Part shown: piece after piece, positions 60,401-64,000 of the stretch
Position numbering within the stretch: position 1 is the stretch's first letter
How the letters are laid out: every line of letters begins with the position of its first letter
Source: Yuukianura sp. NJ FZ-2021
Lineage: Eukaryota
Direction: 5' to 3'
Assembly (NCBI GenBank): GCA_046563655.1
Contig: CM102287.1
Span: 5,146,001 to 5,210,000 of the forward strand
DNA length: 64,000 bases
The notes under the pieces: model-generated
Database searches by the model: none
Seen by the model: the letters and a program-made list of their open reading frames with translations, nothing else
What the model was told of the DNA's origin: nothing
Position numbers and translations under genes: made by a program

Positions 60401-61943
60401 CGTGTAGGAAGCGTTGACGCAGCTAAAAGACAGACAGTAAAACACAGTTAGTGAAAGTCTATAAGTTCTATGAAATAAGTACTGAGGTCATGAGGTCAAC
60501 TTACCACGAAATCTAGGATCCATAGCTCGAAGTCTAGCGTACTGCTCAGCAGTCATACAAGTACACTGTGGTTCCCGGGCTTTCGAAGGCGACGTTGGAG
60601 TCGACAACGGTCGTCGTCGTCCCGCAGCAGCAGCCGACGTTGAATTGATTCTTCCACTGCCAGGACGACTTCCTCCGGCAGACCCACCACCTCCACGCTC
60701 AAACCCAGTTCGTCCAGTTGTTCCACCGGCCCCACCACCACTTGGTGGAAGAGCTCCACCAGCAGCCCCACCGGGTCGAATGGCAGCAGCATTGTCCAGT
60801 CGCAAGGAGTAAGAAGAACTGGCTTTTCTGGAGAACTTGAACGCCGGTGACTGCAAAAAAAAAGAAAATCGATGTTATTTGTCGTTAACTTTCTCTACAT
60901 AAAGTTTACACTTTCACCAAAAACATTTTCATAAGTGCAAATTAGATATTATTTATCAATCTATGTATTCAAATTTAATCATTTAAATACTAAAGACATT
61001 ATTATATTAAAAGTGTAATATGCCACTCTACAAAGTTCCACTACTTGGAATGGACATAGTAACTGCATAACAAGAAACGATGATTGATATTGTTTTATTT
61101 TTTGTGTGTGTGGCACTTACGCAACACTCTCTGAATTGTTTGGCGTCAATTGGCGAAGTGAAGTTGAGTCCCCATGTATCACTCGTCACAGGATCCTTCC
61201 AGTACACGAAACACTCCGATGCTTGTCCAATACGCGTTCCTGTTTATCAAAATTGTCATTTTAAAAAACACTTTGATTAAAAATGACATCATGGTCTTTA
61301 GTGAAATTTGAAAGTGAAAGTGAACTTTCACCTGGCTGAACAAGTCTAACATCCAAGATCTTGTCGACCTGAGAATTGTAAGCTGTGATGTGAAATACGA
61401 CATCCGGGGAATCCTGTATTCAAAAGAAAACAATTTTTAAAAATTGAGTTTTTTATTCGTTTTTGAAATAATTTCGAAAAATTGACAATTTTCTAAAAAC
61501 CTGGACACATGTAATGTTGACTGGGACAAGATCCTCTGAGACTTGCTGCCATTTCACTGTTCCTCCGCCAGCAGATGAAACGTGGAAAACCTGATTTTCA
61601 AATAATACATTAACAATCAAATTCCAAAATTTCGAAAAGAAAAATGAACACTTTGGTTGAACTGGCCAAAGCAAATAGAAATCTGTCGAATTCGTGTATT
61701 TTCACGTTAATTTTTAAATAAATTAAATACCTCGGCCCACAACCGTAACAAATGTCCGTCTCGCTTTGTAAAACTGCGACTACTTGAGCCAGCACTCCAA
61801 GGAGTATCTTCTAAAAATCAAAACCAAATTATTCAAAATGTTTTTGGAAAATTCATTTTGATTTTTTTTGAAAAACTTTCCCTACCGTATCGATATGGTT
61901 TCCGACTCAGTGGGCCACAGTTACAGCTAAGTTTATTCCCCAT
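9444..61943 (-). CDS. sif: Protein still life / Tiam1-like Rac GEF (EVH1-like, PH, CC-Ex, RBD, PDZ, DH, PH), ~31 coding exons
   Basis: Exons (genomic): 61886-61943, 61731-61810, 61501-61590, 61332-61413, 61121-61239, 60505-60850, 60319-60422, ~59944-60230, 59617-59885, 59378-59515, 59145-59297, 57069-57246, 55799-56000, 47215-47348, 42635-42772, 42438-42567, 42198-42341, 21924-22106, 19502-19765, 19146-19316, 18015-18106, 17794-17888, 16555-16821, 15884-15990, 15302-15517, 14774-14977, 14189-14477, 13142-13437, 12085-12484, 10708-11088, 9444-9607. Peptides recalled as Sif-like: [95 protein letters not shown]. Confidence 0.93.
9764..10484. mobile_element. Non-autonomous Tc1/mariner-type (pogo-like) MITE
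   Basis: 23-bp TIRs CAGTGGATTCTCTAAATAAGGGA / TCCCTTATTTAGAGAATCCACTG flanked by TA on both sides; no transposase; lies in the last sif intron. Confidence 0.85.
9989..10148. repeat. 19-bp minisatellite (GCGCACAAACTGCGCAACA) x ~8
   Basis: Near-perfect head-to-tail units without spacers, flanked by AT-only tracts, inside the MITE. Confidence 0.95.
12085..15517 (-). CDS. sif: sif DH (RhoGEF) and C-terminal PH exons
   Basis: [82 protein letters not shown]. Confidence 0.93.
16063..16499. mobile_element. Degenerate hAT-like MITE with internal AATCCGGATT repeats
   Basis: Imperfect termini TAGGGGTGTGCAT...ATGTACACCCCAA; many (A)ATCCG(G)ATT motifs in both orientations; flanking 8-mers match only 5/8. 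Confidence 0.55.
16555..22106 (-). CDS. sif: sif CC-Ex, RBD and PDZ exons
   Basis: [84 protein letters not shown]. Confidence 0.9.
16926..16949. repeat. (CAT)8 microsatellite
   Basis: catcatcatcatcatcatcatcat in a sif intron. Confidence 0.85.
18157..18258 (-). other. Long imperfect inverted repeat / RNA hairpin in a sif intron
   Basis: ccggacactactggacggacaca versus tgtgtccgtccaggagtgtctgg; arms ~35 nt, loop ~25 nt. Confidence 0.75.
24183..25377 (+). CDS. Star-like FkbM (Methyltransf_21) type II membrane protein, copy 1 (exons 24183-24361, 24444-24561, 24639-24833, 24904-25152, 25225-25377)
   Basis: N-terminal TM anchor; [70 protein letters not shown]; second intron is GC-AG. Confidence 0.88.
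26462..26497 (+). promoter_or_regulatory. Candidate TATA + initiator core promoter of FkbM copy 2
   Basis: TATAAAA at 26462, TTCACTT ~30 nt downstream, then a donor-like AAG|gtaac. The block recurs at ~28449 before copy 3, with TATA changed to CATA. Confidence 0.4.
26828..28014 (+). CDS. Star-like FkbM methyltransferase-domain protein, copy 2 (5 exons)
   Basis: [22 protein letters not shown]; same exon structure and motifs as copy 1; stop TAG 28012-28014. Confidence 0.88.
28769..29945. mobile_element. Non-autonomous hAT-type DNA transposon
   Basis: ~68-bp perfect TIRs starting CAGGGTTGGTAGAGGATAGGG; 8-bp TSD GTACTACT at 28761-28768 and 29946-29953; absent at the homologous site before copy 2. 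Confidence 0.92.
29244..29705. mobile_element. Nested foldback/MITE with ~130-bp imperfect inverted arms
   Basis: AAAGGAGATG...GAAACGATAGGTCACGGGT is mirrored by ACCCGTGACCTATCGTTTC...CATCTCCTTT. Confidence 0.75.
29998..31186 (+). CDS. Star-like FkbM methyltransferase-domain protein, copy 3 (5 exons)
   Basis: [22 protein letters not shown]; frame intact with a one-codon insertion (IEYYQSK); stop TAG 31184-31186. Confidence 0.87.
31451..32647 (+). CDS. Star-like FkbM methyltransferase-domain protein, copy 4 (5 exons; divergent 5' half)
   Basis: [35 protein letters not shown]; all introns GT-AG; stop TAG 32645-32647. Confidence 0.87.
32734..33219 (+). pseudogene. FkbM-like relic (exons 4-5 only)
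   Basis: No 5' exons; 1-nt deletion near 32860 (VQCFPLY region); in-frame TAG at ~33169; diverged [12 protein letters not shown]. Confidence 0.85.
35059..35524 (+). repeat. 5' LTR
   Basis: TGTTGTG...CACTACA; TATAAAA at 35321; AATAAA at ~35435. Confidence 0.97.
35551..36438 (+). CDS. gag: Gag (capsid-like region and CCHC knuckle)
   Basis: 295 aa; [23 protein letters not shown]; ends at A AAA AAC TAA slippery site. Confidence 0.93.
   Translation: MASTGSENAQTMTSGSTHALPRVNDLKAVVRSVPLFDGKSNVDLLTLRLDALLASGALDSVTLILNFHQLMEGEAQEWWRWSQAKFIRDLTLANAATRWTELKAELRSFYDPDEVKLEMKKKLKGILLVNCDTPSEYVAKRLSCLSVIDPNMSAEKQVEKLIKGLPVSMRNMMTLVDPKSPAEFLQKLRKCEKPTFQDRRGQFQNSNSGSSSSGTQKSKPNSNSSDGKETPSTSDTDLNKNSNQHFKKRKFCTFCKKPGHTLDDCWHKNKTKSGSASFSSAVLPEEQTEETNTKN
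36435..40669 (+). CDS. pol: Pol (protease, RT, RNase H, integrase) with frame disruptions; main open frame 36932-40126
   Basis: -1 frame open from 36435 with [46 protein letters not shown]; integrase HHCC and DDE; GPY; tail [13 protein letters not shown]. Breaks at ~36968, ~40090, 40191 and ~40258. Confidence 0.93.
40662..41432 (+). CDS. Spliced accessory ORF3 of the Gypsy element (exons 40662-40722, 40900-41432), ~197 aa, Pro/Arg-rich with C-terminal CCHC knuckle
   Basis: ATG overlaps the pol-tail stop; donor G|gtaagt; branch cactaat; long pyrimidine tract and ag at 40899; the join is in frame with ORF 40935-41432; [14 protein letters not shown]. Confidence 0.75.
41444..41909 (+). repeat. 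3' LTR
   Basis: Copy of 35059-35524, followed by TSD ATGT. Confidence 0.97.
42198..42772 (-). CDS. sif: sif N-terminal PH domain exons
   Basis: [82 protein letters not shown]. Confidence 0.92.
46055..46290. repeat. Degenerate GAGACTA(AAA) motif array, probable transposon remnant
   Basis: About ten spaced gagacta/agacta motifs; no clear TIR or TSD. Confidence 0.4.
49801..51287 (-). CDS. Candidate large alternative sif exon, Gln/Gly/Pro-rich
   Basis: Within a 530-codon open frame that has no ATG; acceptor ccgttccccttctgctgtag before 51287; donor AAG|gtaatt after 49801 in phase 0, matching the next sif exon (47348). Confidence 0.6.
51662..51702. promoter_or_regulatory. Cluster of AP-1-like sites
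   Basis: TGACTCA-TGAGTCA-TGACTCA-CGAGTCA abutting, plus TGACTCT. Confidence 0.45.
61121..61943 (-). CDS. sif: sif exons 1-5: N-terminus and EVH1/WH1-like domain (type-1 isoform)
   Basis: [24 protein letters not shown]...[13 protein letters not shown]...[33 protein letters not shown]|...[28 protein letters not shown]; Gly2 is a myristoylation candidate. Confidence 0.92.
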
Positions 61944-64000
61944 CAAGAAGATCAGGGTGATCTGAGCTTCCTTTGCACCAACTTTTTACTTCAAGTCAAA
62001 TCCTTTCTGGCTACGCTCGGTCAAAGGTCAAATTCCTCAGTCGTCCAGCAGATTTTTTGAAAACCCGGCAGTTTTTCTGCTCCAAAAACTTTTTGTTATA
62101 GACAGATGCTTCAAAATCACATTTTGAGTGAGAGAGGAGACAAGGTCGTCAGTCGGCCGTGTTAATTGACATCCAGCTTCAATTAACTTTTAAGCAATAT
62201 GCAATTAATTCAATTCAAGTTTCACAGTCTTTGATTTCTGCGGAGTACTTAAGCTGAGTATTTTGCGAACTCTTTGAGTCATATTGTGAGTAGAGTTGAA
62301 AGTTTTTGAAAGTTTTTTGGTCGCAGTAGACTTCAAGTGTAAATTGGATTTCACTGGTGACAGCGTCCTTGTAATAATTTAGAAAACACTTCCATATTTC
62401 CAAAAGCATCGTAACACTCCGTCTTCAGATTGTTGTTCCATCCAAGTTAGTTCTGAAAATTAAAACAAGATTTCAGAATTTCTGAAAAGTGACACTTTCA
62501 TTTTCACATTTTTGGCATTTCCAAAATTGTGACAGGATGGTGGTTTGTTTTCTTTTGAAGTTAGGATAATAGGTTAGCCTAATTGTGTTTCCGAGATTCT
62601 TGGTGAGTTAATATTTTGGGTTATTGATTCAGTGTGATAAAGTTAAGCTGAGAGACTTTAGGTAAAGCCTTTCAGTTTCAATTAACGTTTAAGTAGTGTT
62701 TGTCCCACTTTCACTTCCGAGGATTCCGTTACACAGGGTGCCTCCTTTCCATTATTCCATCCCTTTCAATTAGTTAATCAGAGCATACGTTTCCTTTGGG
62801 GTTCACCCTCCCGGAATGGTTTCTAAACCTTAACCTAACCAACATAAGCTAAAATTACTCCAAGAAGCTCATAATCCACACAACAAAGTGACGCGTGCTA
62901 TTGCTCAACCTAACTTTTAGCCTTAAAATAACCTAACAATACAAAGCTCCAGCCTCCAAAGTAAAATTTCTTTCAAGCTTTCCAAACATAACATATTCAC
63001 AGTATCTTTTTACACAACTTAGTGAGAGGATTTATAACATTAAGTCGAAGTGCTAGTAAATTTAGAGGTGGAAAAAAAATCGCATCGAAAATATTTTTGA
63101 ATAAACTTTTTAATTTTTCTTCCCAGTTTTCACATGAGTGGATGAGAAAGCCACAGATTTGGTTTCATTTAAGCGTCGTGCTTTCTCTTTGTTATAGTAA
63201 GTCAATCCACTTTTTTGTGACAAAAAAGAAACTTTTTTTTCACTTTGTTTTTCAAAAAGTGGTCAAAGGTGAACCACCAACTTGGGTTGTTACGCACTGA
63301 AACCAAAAATTTGGTTAACTTTTCCGAACTGACAAAAAGGAAGCATATTGTAACTAGTAGTCAAGAACTTCCAAAAAAAGTAGTGTGAACAAGTTCGTTT
63401 TTGATTTGGAAGAGACTTTGGAATTGACAAAAGGGAAGAACCAAGTAGTGGTAACAAAGTAACAGTGGGAAGGAAACGGAACGAAACACTTTAACACTTT
63501 AGACTTTTGAGGATGAGGGAGTAACTTTAGACAAAAAAAGAGAGAGAAAGTTTTACTCTTTTGAAAAGCCCGGGAAAGTTGAAAACAGTTTTCAAAGGAA
63601 GAGCAGCGTCCTTAAGTATTCTTCAAATGCAACTCCTTTACTTCTCCCTCCTGTTCAAAAGTTTCTAAGTTTAAAAAATTCAGGAACATTTGGTAACAGT
63701 AAAAGTAGAAAGGAGGAGACACGGTTGGACAAAATAGAGAAAAGTTTGTACTTTACTTTTTAGTAACCTTTTTAACTGTGATTAAGAACCAAATCTTCAC
63801 TTTTACCTTATCCTCCCTCCAGCCTAACTAGCCTAAAGTTTTTAAACGAACCTAGTTTTTGTCTCATCTCGAAAAAGTTAGGCTTTTCACTTGTTTTCAA
63901 ACTGAATTCAGTTGCCAAGAAATCTTAAGATACTGCTATAGTCTTTGTTATAATGGCTCTTCATTAGTAAAAACCGCTCACAAATGAGGCTGTAGTTACT

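Noticed and set aside
61950..64000. Further genes upstream of sif
   Set aside because: Only short motif-less ORFs; likely 5'UTR, intron or promoter sequence.

Overview
AT-rich eukaryotic DNA with short GT-AG introns; the gene content indicates an arthropod. Left end: three tandem, intact, intronless Cys-loop channel genes (minus strand) that look GluCl-derived but carry an atypical T-E-A-R pore entry in place of P-A-R. They are followed by a signal-peptide-bearing dienelactone hydrolase and an unrecognised 5-exon secreted Cys-motif protein. The rest (9444-61943, minus) is one ~31-exon still life (sif)/Tiam1 RhoGEF gene. Its 20-kb intron (22107-42197) holds an antisense array of Star-like FkbM methyltransferase genes (4 intact, 1 relic), a hAT-type element, and a young Gypsy LTR element. 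That element carries an unexpected intron-containing third ORF with a second CCHC zinc knuckle. Other sif introns hold MITEs, a long hairpin and a 1.5-kb Met-free Gln-rich candidate exon. All models were read by eye without database searches.
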